Of a DNA stretch of 64,000 nt, positions 50,101-62,334 are shown one piece after another; within the stretch, counting starts at the first letter, position 1; the number at the start of each line of letters is the position of its first letter. The position numbers and the translations under genes were made by a program. The stretch comes from Lama glama (Eukaryota), in assembly GCA_028534125.1 (NCBI GenBank), contig CM052816.1:58158001-58222000 (forward strand), read 5' to 3'. The notes under the pieces were generated by a model. It did no database searches, had not been told where the DNA came from, and saw only the letters and a program-made list of their open reading frames with translations.

Positions 50101-51800
50101 GTCAAAATCTAGAAGCTAGAAGACCGTAATAGAGAAAAAGATTTTATTTACATTAGCAAGAATTACAATAATCAGAAAGATAAATTTCTTAGGAATAAAT
50201 TCAACAATAAATGTACAAAACACAAAATTTTTAAAATTCATTTTTTAAAAATTCCAGAGGACACAGCAGAATGTATAAAACAAACAGGAAAGCAAATCAT
50301 ATTTTTGGACAAGATGAGACTCAGTGTCATTTTTCTCCTTCTCATATCAAGAGTATGCTGATCTTTCTAAGTTGATTTTAAATTCAGCATTATCTCATTA
50401 AACCTGAAAATATGGGTTTTTTTAAGTAGACAAAGGAATTCTACAGTTCATATTGGAAAATAAGCAAATGAGATTTGCAAAGGAAGTTTTGATAAAGAAG
50501 GGGGATTACCAGATACAAAAAATATTCTCCAAAGCTCAGTAATTAAAGCAACATAATACTCACTCATGAGTAGATGAAACAATAGACTAGGAAGAAAAGT
50601 CCAGAAAAAGAACACAAACACCAAATCAGTGAGAAAAACTGAACTATTGAATAATGGTGGAGCACCTAGGTATCCTAATGTGAAATGTTAATATTGTACT
50701 CATGTACCTTTCTGTGTTCCATGATATGTACCCAATAGATCAAATCTTTAAATATAAAAGATAAATGAATAAATGTAGTAAATGAATAAATGGGATAATT
50801 TTTTTTAATAATCTCAGAGTGTGGAGAGCTTTTTAACTATGATCCCAAATCTAGAAACCATGGAAAAAATATCAATACATTCAACTACACAAAAATAAAA
50901 ATTTTTAATCTTGGCCTAGCAAAAGTAAACCCCATCATTAAAAAAAGAAAAAAAAAAAGACAAACTGGGAAACATAATTATAACTCATCACAGACATAGA
51001 AAAATCTTCCTAGTATATAAAAAGCTCTAGAAATTAATTTTAAAAGGCCAATAACTCATTAGAAAAAATGGACAAATATTATAAACAGACAATTCAAAGA
51101 ACATGCAAATTATTTCAAAATGTATTTTTAAATGCTCAATTTTACTCATAGTAAGAAACATGCAAATTAAAACTTCTCTAAGATACCTTTTTTTCCCACC
51201 GTAAAATTGGCCAAAATCCAAAATTTGTTAACATGTTCTGTTGCCAAGGCTGTGAGAAACAGGCACTGTCATAAGCTGCTGGTGGGAGGATAAATTTGCA
51301 CAAACCAGATGGAAGGCAGTTTTGTAATAGCTATCAAAATGCCAAATGTATGTGCTCCTGAATCCAGCCACTCTACTCTGGGGAGTTTACCCTACAGGTA
51401 TATTTGCATATCTACAAAATGGCATATATACACCTTATTAATTGCAGCCCTACAGTCAACAGAGAAAGATTAGAGAGAATCTGGATACTCACAAGTGAGG
51501 AACTGGTTAAACAAATACAATGAAATGTTCTGTAACAGTAAAATAAATAAATAAGAAAGCTCGCTATATATTGATAATAAACTCGCTGGGATATGTTTAA
51601 GTGAAAAAAGCAAAGTACTGAACAATGCATATAGCATGCAAACATCTATATTACAAAAAAGGAAAATGATATACTTGTTTTATTTATGTTTATTTTCAGA
51701 ATCTCTGGAAGGGTAAATAAAAGACTAAAAACAGTGATTATCTGGTCACTGTGGCATAGGAATTAGAAACATAAATGATCAATGTGGGACAGTGGGGGTT
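50100..51800 (+). mobile_element. Old L1 (L1ME-like) ORF2 end/3' region
   Basis: ttaggaataaattcaaca, aaatgctcaattttactcatagtaagaaacatgcaaattaaaac and gctggtgggaggataaatttgcacaaacc. Confidence 0.8.
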
Positions 51801-51856
51801 TTTTTGTTAGAAAAAATATTTATTTCAACATTTAAAAGTTTTTTGGCTGTGTACTC

Positions 51857-52090
51857 TTTTTTTTAATTGAAATATAGTTGATTTACAACGTTTCAGATGT
51901 ATAGAAAAATGATTCAGTAATATGTATATTTGCATGTATGTTTTTTCAGATTCTTTTCCATTATAGGTTATTACAAGATATTGAATATAGTTCCCTGTGC
52001 TATACAGTAGGTTCCTGTTGTTCATCTATTTTATATATAGTAATGTGTATCTGTTAATCCCAAATTCCCAATTTATTACTCCACCCCTCA
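51857..52090 (-). mobile_element. Short L1 3' end (cetartiodactyl-type), reverse
   Basis: ttttttaattgaaatatagttgatttacaa...ttttccattataggttattacaagatattgaatatagttccctgtgctatacagtagg. Confidence 0.9.
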
Positions 52091-52574
52091 GGTTTTTTTA
52101 TGGCAAGACTTCTCATATTTTTAATGCTTTTACCATGTGAGTGTATTACTGTTAGAAAATCTAATAATTTAAAGCAAAGAACCATCTCAACAACACTATC
52201 AATGTATATTTAACCCCATACATGGCTTAAATGCACTAACTCTAACGAGGTACAGCTATTAATTCTAGGAAGGCCCCCTGTGCCGTTACTAGTACATCAG
52301 TTAGGATGTTTTTGACTGAAAGTGTTGTGAAAGGCTTAAACAATAAGAATTTATTATCCCAAATAACAAAACCAGACTGTCCCAGGGCTAGAACTGCCTC
52401 TGCAATTTCAGGCATCACATAAAGATCTGACCACGAGCAGCCAAAATGGACAATGACCAAGACCTCCTGTGCATTGCCCAGAAGTCCCCAGTAGACTTCC
52501 TCTAGGGTCCAGTTGGCCAGTAATGTGTACGCAGTAGGTCCAAATTCAAGCTTCAGGAGAAACTGGGGCATAAT

Positions 52575-52830
52575 AGCAATGATAAAAACAATAATCACTA
52601 ATATTTATTGAACACTTCTTATATGCCAATCACTGTCATAATCACTTCACATGTATTAACTCATTTACTCTTCAAAGCCACCTGTTAGGGAGGTATGATT
52701 ATTATACCTATTTTACAGATGAGGAAGCAGATGAGGCACACAGAAGTTAAATAAGGTCACAGTGAGTAAGTGATGGAGGTGAGATTCACACTTTGGCAAT
52801 CTGGCTCCAAAGTCATTGATCCCCAACTAT
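52575..52830 (-). mobile_element. MIR SINE, flanked by probable old MLT1 LTR pieces
   Basis: taatatttattgaacactt...cacatgtattaactcattta...attttacagatgaggaag. Confidence 0.8.
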
Positions 52831-54773
52831 CATGTATTTACTTGAGAATAAATCTTCAAGAGCAGGAGTTTGATTCCACAGCAAGCAAGAGAGGAGAAGA
52901 ATGGCTACTGGATATATGACCAGCAGTGTTTCTCCCTAGGAACAAATTACCCAAACTGCAGACCTTGACTGGCACACACTAAGCTCTCAGTAACAAATAC
53001 TGGCCATTTTATTAACACCTCCCATGTTCTCTAGAACTGTGCCTCCAGTTACAGACAAGAGGAAACCCTGGGATCTTTCTGGAAGGAACAGTAGTGGCAG
53101 CTTGACCTACAGAAATCTCCAAACCAAAAAACACCATGCTTACCAGGGGACATTGGAATGAGCTTTGGGGAATAGAACATGCTTCTTCTCAAGGAGAGAA
53201 TAGCAATAGGAGGCTGGGGACCCCCATGGAAGACTCTGCGGTGCTCTCATGGGCTGTCACATACCCATAGTTCACCTGCAGCCCAAGTTTTTTACCCAGG
53301 CAGGAGGGATGCTGGACTGCAAACCCAGCATTTCACTTGTACCAGCAGAGATGCGTCCCAGGGAACAAGTGAGTTTTGGGTTTGTGAGGAGACCAGCCAC
53401 GCCTGGGCTTCAAACACAAATCCCCCAGCCAGTTTGTTCACTGTTAATAAGATCATCACATGGCACTTCCTCACTGCAGTCTTCACTTCTCTCCCACCAC
53501 CGCCCCCCCCATCTCTGTGCCTCACTTAAACACTGGAGAGCTCTCATTGTTAATACCTCTAAAACATTCAATGCAAAGAGCTCTTTTTTCAAGTAAATGC
53601 TTCCATCCTCTAGGGCTTTATAGCAACTAACTCTGCCCTCATGTGCTAAAAATACCAATTTTTTTCCCTGTCATTAATCCAGTAGTTTTTTCATATATTT
53701 GTCTTTGCAGAGAGTCAGAGATGCAGTGAGTCAGTTTCCTCACTTCCCAGGCATATCGCCCAGGGAAGGGGGTGGATATATTCTTAGCCTGAGAGCACTT
53801 TGCTCTGCCTTATGTAAACCCCCAGGAGCTGGATGTCTCTAGACTCAGATAAAAAGGAGCCCAGGGTGAGCAGAAGAGACAAGAGAATGAAGTCCCCGAA
53901 CAATGAGCCCATCTTCCCAGGGATCCTGCTTGTCGCCTGCAGATCTGAAATAGAGCTGCTGGCCTGTGGGACGCCCACCTCCCCCTCTCCAGGAGCAGAC
54001 GGCAGGAGAAGAATTCTGCTCCAGGTTTCCTCCCCACAAGATTTTAGTACAGTTCACACAGAGAGCCTCACATCTTCTCATCGGCCTGAGAGTTGGTGGC
54101 TATGCCAAGAAGGGGCAATGGGGTCTGGCCACCAGGGCACCCAGGATCCCCAAGCAGAAACTGTCAGATTATGAGAATAAGATGGAGTGTGTCTCACTGG
54201 CCATCATGACCAAGTATCCTCAGGCTGCAGAGAGGCCACAGTCACATTCACATATGCCTCAGCCATCATGTTATTGATTTGAGCTTTCTAGAGCCAAGAA
54301 AGCCACAGTCACTTATCTCTTCAAGGCTGTGTAGTCTGTCTGAACAACCTGTATTTGAAGGTTAAATGCAAAAAGGCCAAAGATCTGAGAGACATGTTCA
54401 AATTCTGAAAAGCCCCTATCAAGCCCTGTCAAGCTTTATAACACTTGCTTCAGAATTCTTTGTCTCTGATGTAGCCATGACCTTGGCCAAGTCATGTCAC
54501 CTCTCTGGGTCTCCATGGCCCCATCCTGAGGGAGAAGGCAGGTTCTGATCCCCACCAGGCTCTCCAGCTCAAAAGTTCTGAGCTTCACAAGAGGACTCGG
54601 CTTCCCTTTGGAGGGTGCAAGTGCTTACTTCCACCCCTGCTCTAGCTACAGATCCTTCACTCTATTCAGCCCTGCTCAGCGTCTAGTGAAAACTCTGGTC
54701 AGATCCCTTGGCAAAGGTTGCAACATTTTCTCACCCTCGCGCAGCCAGGACAATCAATGAATTATTTACAGAG

Positions 54774-55356
54774 TATGGTAGGCCAAATAATTCCCCCACC
54801 AAGGTGTTCATGCCCTAATCCCTGGAACCTGTGAATATATTATATTAATTACAAAAAGGACTTTGAAAGTGGAATGAAGGTTATTAATCAATGACCTTAT
54901 AATAGGGAGATTATCCTGGATTATCCAGGTATATTCAATCCAATCATATAAGCCTTAATTTAAAAGCAGAGGATTTTCTCTAGCTGGAAGCTGGAGTGAT
55001 ACTGCAAAAAAGGAAAAAATCAGAACCTTCAAAGCACAAGATGGAAAATGGGCAGGCAGCTTTTTAAGAGCAAAATACCAGCCCCCCACTGGCAGCCATC
55101 AAGGAAATCTCATTCCAACAATCACAAGGAACTGAATTCAGCCAACCACCTGAATGAGCATGGCAACAGATTCATTCCCAAAACTTCCAGAAAGGAACCA
55201 AGCTCTGCCAACACCTTTGAGAATCTAAGCAGAGAAGCCGCTGAGCAATCCTCTACCCAGACTTGTGACTACAGAACTGTGAGAAAATAAACAAGTGTTG
55301 TTTTAAGGCACAACATTTGTGATATATTGTTACAGCTGCAATAGAAAACGAATACA
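54774..55356 (+). mobile_element. Full-length MaLR solo LTR (MLT1D-like)
   Basis: ccctaatccctggaacctgtgaatat, atagggagattatcctggattatcc, caaggaactgaattcagccaaccacctgaatgagc; ends gcaatagaaaacgaataca. Confidence 0.9.
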
Positions 55357-57339
55357 TAGATGTCCCTGACAATTCTATTATCTTAACATGGAAAGCTTGT
55401 CCTTCCAGAACACCTCCTTCTGTATCTGGAGGCAGGATAGCAAAGCCTGACTGGGCTCTGTCTTGCTTCCAGGAAACGACATATCTCAAAAGCTTGAAAG
55501 AAGGGAAGAAGAAGGGATGGAAGAAGGGAGAGAGGGAAGGAAAAAACTGGCTCTGATATTATTACTGTAACTCCCACAGGCATCAAAGTCCCAACAATGT
55601 TCTCTTCAAAATTAAGAAATGCGAAGTTGGCTGCAGTAACCATATGGAAGAGGAGGGACCGGGAGTACCCTGGGGATGCCTTGGAATCCAGCAACTTAAA
55701 TATCTGCAGAGAACATCTTGTGAGCAGCCCTTGGGCTGTGAAAATGCAAATGACCCTGGCTGGCTGCCAAGTGTCACCTGGGGGGCCCAGTTGACATAGG
55801 AGTCAGGGCAGAGCTCCATTCTTGACTCTCCCTCCACAGCGCAGAACACTCAGAGCAAGTCGCACCCCACGTCTGCCCAGAGATGCTCAGCCAGGGAGGC
55901 AGGGCGCCCCTACCCTCAGTGGCTCTGGGGCTGCCCACCTCACATCTGGAAAGGAGTGTGAGAAAGTGAGCTCCCTCTGTCTCTCACTCTCGCTCTCTCC
56001 TTCTCTCTCGCCTCCCTTTCAAGTTCCAAAGTAACAACTGAAAGTTAACCCTGCCCTCTCCAGCTCTCCTTTCTCCTGTATCCTCTCAAATTTATGTAGT
56101 GAGATTGTACTATTAATTTCTTTCCTCATCAAAAAGAAAAGGATAAAAAGACAAATTTTAAAAGGTCATTCAAAGATCATCTTTCTCTAGCGCTGGAAAG
56201 TCATCCCACCCTTACAAAGAGCATACACATACACTCACACTCACCCTGTATCCCTGATCCCCTTCTAGCAAATTCCTGTTGCCAGCCCAGGCTGTAGGGA
56301 AGCAGACAGCTGGAGGGGCAGAGGAAAGGTAACCACAGATAATCTACCACAGGCAGAAAACACTTTGAGATCATCAATAGCATTTAGGCACTGAGAGAGT
56401 CCGAGGGTTCTTCCTATCTGGTAAAATAATTATAATGACTAAATCCATTCTTCAAACAGCCCAGTGGGGATCTGTGTTCCATTTTAAAGGTCACCAAGAT
56501 TGGGAATAAAAATCCATGACCTAAGTCAATGTTTCCTGACCTTCCAGTAGATGATTTGTTCATGAACTCTGTTTATGAACACAGAGGAAAGAGAAATGTG
56601 GTAATGACTGGGGAGCAGGAGGAGACTCCCTTCCCTGGATGTTCTCTGTGCAGATAAATACCACCTCATCCACTTGTCCTCCCAACTACTCCTATCACCC
56701 TTATGTGCATGTCTGTGCGCGCTCATGCACACACACACACACACACACAGAGTCAGCTCCCTGCTTTATTCCTCCATGCCCAAACTTCACCTTAGCACCA
56801 ACTCCAGACTCCCTGGAAATGACACATAAAATACAACTGGGTCTGCAGGGCACCCCTTCTTATACAGGAGTGTGCTTGAATAGAAAAGGAGAAAGTTGCC
56901 AACCTCAGAGGCAAAAGCACCCGGCTGAGAGCAGAGCTATGGGTAAGAGAAGACATAAGGGGATCAAAGTGGGTCCTGCCAGCCAGTTTCATCTCCAGGA
57001 AGGAAATCCCTAAGCTTCAATGTAACTTTAAGATCTACTGGGGCCTCCCTGACCACACAGAGCTGCTGCCACCCAGCCCCACTGAACCCAGGGGCCCAAA
57101 CTTCAAATGTGATTTTACTCGTGCGACTCAAGGGAAAATCTGTCCCTGAATTTGCAAAAGCATGTCCTCTGATTTGATCCTTGTTCTTTCTCCAATACCA
57201 TCTGCTGATGGCTATTATTCCACTGAAACACAAGCTGTGACAGTACTCATTTCTTTTTCTCTCCTTCTTCCAATCCTCATGATACATACAAATAATTCTT
57301 CAAAAAGAGACTTCCAGCATTTGAGTCCCTGCCCTTTGC

Positions 57340-57590
57340 AAAACAACAGAACACAGTCATTATGAAGTGCCAAGCACTATTCAAAGCATTTTATATAAAT
57401 TAAGTCACTTAACCCTCACAACAGGACTATAAAGTTGGTTCTATTATTACCCCCATCTTACAGCCGAGGACACTGAGGAAAGAGAAGTGAAATGGACTGT
57501 TTGCAGTCATAGAGTTAGTAAATAACAAATCAGGACTCAAATCCAGAGAACACAGCCCCAAAGTCCACAGTCTTAAATATTAACCACTGT
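57340..57590 (-). mobile_element. MIR SINE
   Basis: ttaaccctcacaacaggactat...ctattattacccccatcttacagccgaggacactgagg. Confidence 0.8.
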
Positions 57591-57724
57591 GTTTTCAAGA
57601 TTCCCAAACATTGTATCTAAGGACCTGCCTAGCTCCTGGGAAAAAGATAGTAAGGAAACAACACAGATCAATAATAGTTGTCTATAAGAGAAAAGAAATG
57701 TGTCCCTGGCAATACATTATCACA

Positions 57725-57783
57725 TTCTCTCTTTCTTTGTCTCCCTCTATCTCTCTCTCTCTGTCTCTTTCTCTCTGTCTCTG

Positions 57784-57840
<57 letters not shown>

Positions 57841-57852
57841 CTTACACATACA
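57725..57852. repeat. Compound (CT)n(CA)n microsatellite
   Basis: Directly visible; a shorter (CA)n lies at about 56728-56748. Confidence 0.92.
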
Positions 57853-57957
57853 TTCCTACCATATCTGAATCTGGTACAAAGGGATTTAACCTTGACTCAA
57901 GAATTACTGAGTCTGCGTGGACAGACACAGACTCTTTTCCTTACCTTATCTTGGTAC

Positions 57958-58050
57958 TATGATGGTTAATTTTACGTGTCAACTTGGCTGTGCCATAGTG
58001 CCCAGATATTTGGTCGAAAGTTATTATTGTTGTATCTATGACTGAGTAAC
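57958..58050 (+). mobile_element. MLT2 LTR 5' fragment
   Basis: tatgatggttaattttacgtgtcaacttggctgtgccatagtgcccagatatttggtc matches the MLT2 start. Confidence 0.8.
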
Positions 58051-58742
58051 AGAGGCACTGACAGCCCTGAGATGCCACATTTTGCTTTCAAACCAGAACT
58101 TGCTTCAAATGCAGAAGGAAGGCAATGGCTTTCTAAGGAATACAAATCACCAAGGAACTCTATCACTTTCTTATTCGGGTTGCTTTCTTGTTTATCTGAC
58201 CGCTTACTCTAAAAATGATGCCAAATAAGGGGGGAGAAGGGGATAAGCCAGTCCATCCATCATTCCTTTACCTTTCAGACCTTCCTTATTCACCAGTAAG
58301 CCAAAGTTAGAGAGTGTTGGTAGAATGTGCACGTATCAAGAAGTGATATGAACATGGTTGACTTAGTTTTATGCAGCATTTCCACTGTGCTGGTAGGAAT
58401 ACAATTCATATGCATATAAGAGCTATAAAATACAATTTGTATGATTTCAGTGACTCTGCATGTGAGTTAAATTCCCTTATATTTGCATTTAAAAGTAGGA
58501 TTGCACCATGTAAAGATGAACTGTGAAATTCACACTTACAATTTAAATTTTTAATCTTGCTTCACTTAGAATGACATTAAATAGCAAATTAAAAAAAAAA
58601 ACTGTGACAAGACAAGAGAGGGGCCGTGGAAGAAAGGAAAGGTTTTATATTTTAGTAGTTAACAACACTTTTTTCCTGTTTTTTGAACAAAGGACCCCAC
58701 ATTTTTATTTTGTACTGGGACCCTAAAATTACATAGTTGAGA
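58050..58742. mobile_element. Zaphod-like hAT-Tip100 fragment
   Basis: cacttagaatgacattaaatagcaaat...ttttgaacaaaggaccccacatttttattttgtactgggaccctaaaattacatag. Confidence 0.7.
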
Positions 58743-58840
58743 AATAAAGTAAATTCTACTATGTTGTAATAATTGCAATACTTATAATTCTTTAAAACAA
58801 TATACACAATCAAAAATATGTTATAAAAATAGTTGCTTCA

Positions 58841-58990
58841 GGGCTCCTTCCATTATGTAAGGACACATCTAGAAGACACTGGCTGTGAACCAGGAAAGAG
58901 TTCTCACCAGAAGGTGACTATGCTGGTCCCTTGATCTTAGACTTACCAGCCTCCAGATCTATGAGCAATAAATTTGTTGTTTATTTTTTT
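58841..58990 (+). mobile_element. MLT1A/MST-like MaLR LTR 3' fragment flanked by a 17-bp TSD
   Basis: atgtaaggacaca...ccttgatcttagacttaccagcctccaga...gagcaataaatttgttgtttat; taaaaatagttgcttca occurs at both 58824-58840 and 58991-59007. Confidence 0.88.
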
Positions 58991-59276
58991 TAAAAATAGT
59001 TGCTTCATTGGAAATAAGAGGCTATAGACTAGAGAATTTCAAACTTATCAAAGACATTTTCCTGTAGAATTTTTACTAATAAAGGAAGGTTTTATACCTG
59101 TAAGTGTATGGCCAAAATACCTAAGCAATACTTAGAAAATCCAGTGTATGAATATGTCTACCTTTTACTTAAAAATAATGGCCTTTCTTTTTCTATTGCC
59201 ACTAGAATTATCAAGAGCTTCTTTCCTGTTCTCATCAGCTTTTCTAACCATTGTCATGTTAAAAAGAAAGCAAGAA

Positions 59277-59394
59277 GGGACTTCCGGGCAAGATGGCGGA
59301 GTAGAAGGACGCTTGTAAGTCACCCTCTCCCACAAATACACCAAGACCCACATCTACAGACCCACTCAGCCAACCAGAGCACCTGCGGAACTCC
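59277..59394 (+). mobile_element. 5' end (promoter start) of a young L1, cut off by the assembly gap
   Basis: gggacttccgggcaagatggcggagtag carries the YY1-type motif AAGATGGCGG (59290-59299), with four retained CpGs. It is preceded by tt/aaaa at 59259-59264. Confidence 0.8.
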
Positions 59395-59894
59395 NNNNNN
59401 NNNNNNNNNNNNNNNNNNNNNNNNNNNNNNNNNNNNNNNNNNNNNNNNNNNNNNNNNNNNNNNNNNNNNNNNNNNNNNNNNNNNNNNNNNNNNNNNNNNN
59501 NNNNNNNNNNNNNNNNNNNNNNNNNNNNNNNNNNNNNNNNNNNNNNNNNNNNNNNNNNNNNNNNNNNNNNNNNNNNNNNNNNNNNNNNNNNNNNNNNNNN
59601 NNNNNNNNNNNNNNNNNNNNNNNNNNNNNNNNNNNNNNNNNNNNNNNNNNNNNNNNNNNNNNNNNNNNNNNNNNNNNNNNNNNNNNNNNNNNNNNNNNNN
59701 NNNNNNNNNNNNNNNNNNNNNNNNNNNNNNNNNNNNNNNNNNNNNNNNNNNNNNNNNNNNNNNNNNNNNNNNNNNNNNNNNNNNNNNNNNNNNNNNNNNN
59801 NNNNNNNNNNNNNNNNNNNNNNNNNNNNNNNNNNNNNNNNNNNNNNNNNNNNNNNNNNNNNNNNNNNNNNNNNNNNNNNNNNNNNNNNNNNNNN
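59395..59894. other. Assembly gap (exactly 500 N)
   Basis: Run of N; the round length suggests a placeholder. Confidence 0.99.
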
Positions 59895-60826
59895 ATCCGA
59901 AAACTCAAAGAAAACTGGTTACTTCATGGGATATCTGGAAAGTGGTTTATCAAATCAAGTCCATTCCTTTCATATTGCAGCTGTAGAACTTGAAGCTGGG
60001 GCATTAAACAGCTCCTATAAGATCTTAAACATGGTGGCAGAGTTACAATACACATACAAGTCTCTTGACTCCTGACTGAGTACCACTGTACTCCACCTCA
60101 AGGAAACACTGTTTGCAGAAAGACTTCCTTGGGTTAACCTTGCCAAAGGGGAGCCCAAATCAATGAGATAAAAATTTTAGAGTCTCTTTCTAATTAAATT
60201 TAATTTCAATTGAAGCAGACATTTCCACTGGAAAAGGTTAAAACTCTTAAAACTACCCTAAAAAAGCACTCACTCTGTGTTTTCAGTCAGCACTTTGAGA
60301 ATGAAAGATAACCTTCATTTTGAGTTTCTTAAAATAAATAAAGTGCACCAGGATCAGTAAATGCCTTTCCTTTGTGTCCTCCTGGTGCCTCAAGTTCAGT
60401 TGACAAGGCAGCCGTGAACTCAAACACAGACATATATATTCAGTCCTTTGAATGGAAAACTGCCACCTTCTGTGAGCCAAGTAAATAATTATCATTTGCA
60501 GTCTGGCTAGCCACGTGTTAAACACTATCCAAGCTCTAAGATTACACACTTACAGATGAAAAAGAAGACCCCTGTCTTGTTTATAACCAAGCAGAGAAAA
60601 TAGGCACTCAAACAGCTAAGCATGATACAATGGGGTAAGCCACACATTCTTCATAAGCTGACTACAGATGAGGCAGCTTTGAGTCTGTTCGAGGGTTCCT
60701 GTCTGAGGGCTCCAGGAAGACATGAAGGATATTTGTAATTTACAGGTATGCAATGATGAGAGAAAGAAAAAAAAAAGTTTATAAGTTATCTTTTTAAATG
60801 TGAACATTCCTTATATTTCTTAGAGG

Positions 60827-61283
60827 TGTGAAAATTAATAGACAGAAACTACATTTAAAATGGAATTGGGAGGCTAGAGGGGGGTACTTTCATACCCTAC
60901 CACTTGACATCAATTGTAGACCCAATAGGAAGAGATGTACCTTGCATTTCCAATACGAAGTTTACTGCTTTACTACCCAGCAGGAGGCAGGAAGACTTTC
61001 TCCTTGTCCAGCAACAGCCCTGCCAATGAAAGACTGTCACAACTTAGCCAATGAAAAGCAACTTCATTTCAAACTTTCATTTCCTCCAATAGACTCTTTG
61101 CTTGTAACAGGCCCTACCAACTCCTCCATCTCCTCTATAAAGGAATGTTCCCCTCCTTTGTTCTCTAGACTTGCATGTGGTTTGCCATAGACTGCATGTC
61201 CTGAATTGCAGTTCTTTGGTATTCCCCCCAAAAATCCATTTTGCTGGTAAAATAGCTGGCTGTTTTGTACTTTTATGTCAACA
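60827..61283 (+). mobile_element. ERV1-class solo LTR (457 bp)
   Basis: TG...CA ends with a 4-bp TSD GAGG (60823-60826, 61284-61287), several CCAAT boxes and a TATA-like ctataaag at about 61135-61142. Confidence 0.85.
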
Positions 61284-61449
61284 GAGGAATAATACTTGTT
61301 TAGTTTATTCATGTAGCCTCCAGACATCTCAGCATCAATCTGAGACAAGAGATGCAGAGCCTTGGGGAAAAAGAAGGAAAGGGGAAAATAGCAGAAAAGG
61401 GGCAAAGGGAAGTTGGACCAGTTCTAATAAAATACACTGATACTGTCTC

Positions 61450-61808
61450 TAACAAACCCTCCCCCCTTGACCAAACTTTAGTCAGGGTCCTCTGAGTCCT
61501 CTTCTCAACTAGGCTTTGATCTTGGCCCCCCACCCTTGCTAGGCCTGCATAGAACTGTCTTAGTAAGGATCCTGTTAAGTCAGTTTAGCAGGAATCCCCT
61601 TACTCTTGATGTCTCTTATTAGTAATTTTCCATCCACTGACACCCTCACTCTTCTTTTTGGCTACAAATCCCCAGCTGTCTTTGTTGTATTTGGAGTTGA
61701 GCTCAATCTCTCTCCTCTGTTGCAGTAGTCTTGACACTTACTGCAATAGTTCTGAATGAAGCCTTCTTTCTTGCTTTGACAAGTGTCAGAATAATTTTTT
61801 CTTTAACA
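61450..61808 (+). mobile_element. MER31/MER67-like ERV1 LTR
   Basis: ccttgaccaaactttagtcagggtcctctgagtcctcttctcaactagg...ttggagttgagctcaatctctctcc...tttttctttaaca. Confidence 0.8.
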
Positions 61809-61899
61809 TTACTTTCCAAATCATCAACTTCTAGGTATTTTTTAATCTTTTACCAAAAGTTAAAGCACTGATTCTTCAACCAGAGTAACACAACACACT

Positions 61900-62325
61900 A
61901 TCTTGATCAGTCATGAAGTGAGAATCAAATAAAAAATGTAGAGTCACAAGAAAATATTAGCTCCTAATATGATTTCCTGAAAAGCCCCTGTGATCAACAG
62001 TCTCTCCTGCCTCCCACTCAGGGCCCATATTTCTTAGATAAGACCCTGTTAGGGCTTAATGAAACCCACTCTTTTGGTATGACCAATTGACCAATCTGGC
62101 CCTAGTCTGGGAACCCCAAAGCACTCCACCCATGGACCCTAACACAGGCATGTGGCTCAGGTCCTACCTCTCTCTCTCTGTCTGCATTCTGCCTTGACCT
62201 TCCCATATGGTCCCTTGAGACATGCCATGTACTTCCTCCAGGACCTGTGCACAATAAACTCAGTTTCTCTGTGGTCTCTTGTTAAATTGCAGCTCACCAT
62301 TTGGCACTCTGTGCTCCACTTAACA
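61900..62325 (+). mobile_element. MER74/MER54-like ERVL LTR (5' boundary uncertain)
   Basis: ccttgaccttcccatatggtcccttgagacatgccatgtacttcctccaggacctgtgcacaataaactc. Confidence 0.6.
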
Positions 62326-62334
62326 AAGTCATAA

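Noticed and set aside
53711..53725. 15-nt microexon-like unit (tttgcag|agagtcagagatgca|gtgagt)
   Set aside because: Isolated, with no host gene identified; such matches are frequent by chance.
59108..59986. 292-aa and 180-aa ORFs
   Set aside because: Artefacts of translating through the 500-N gap.
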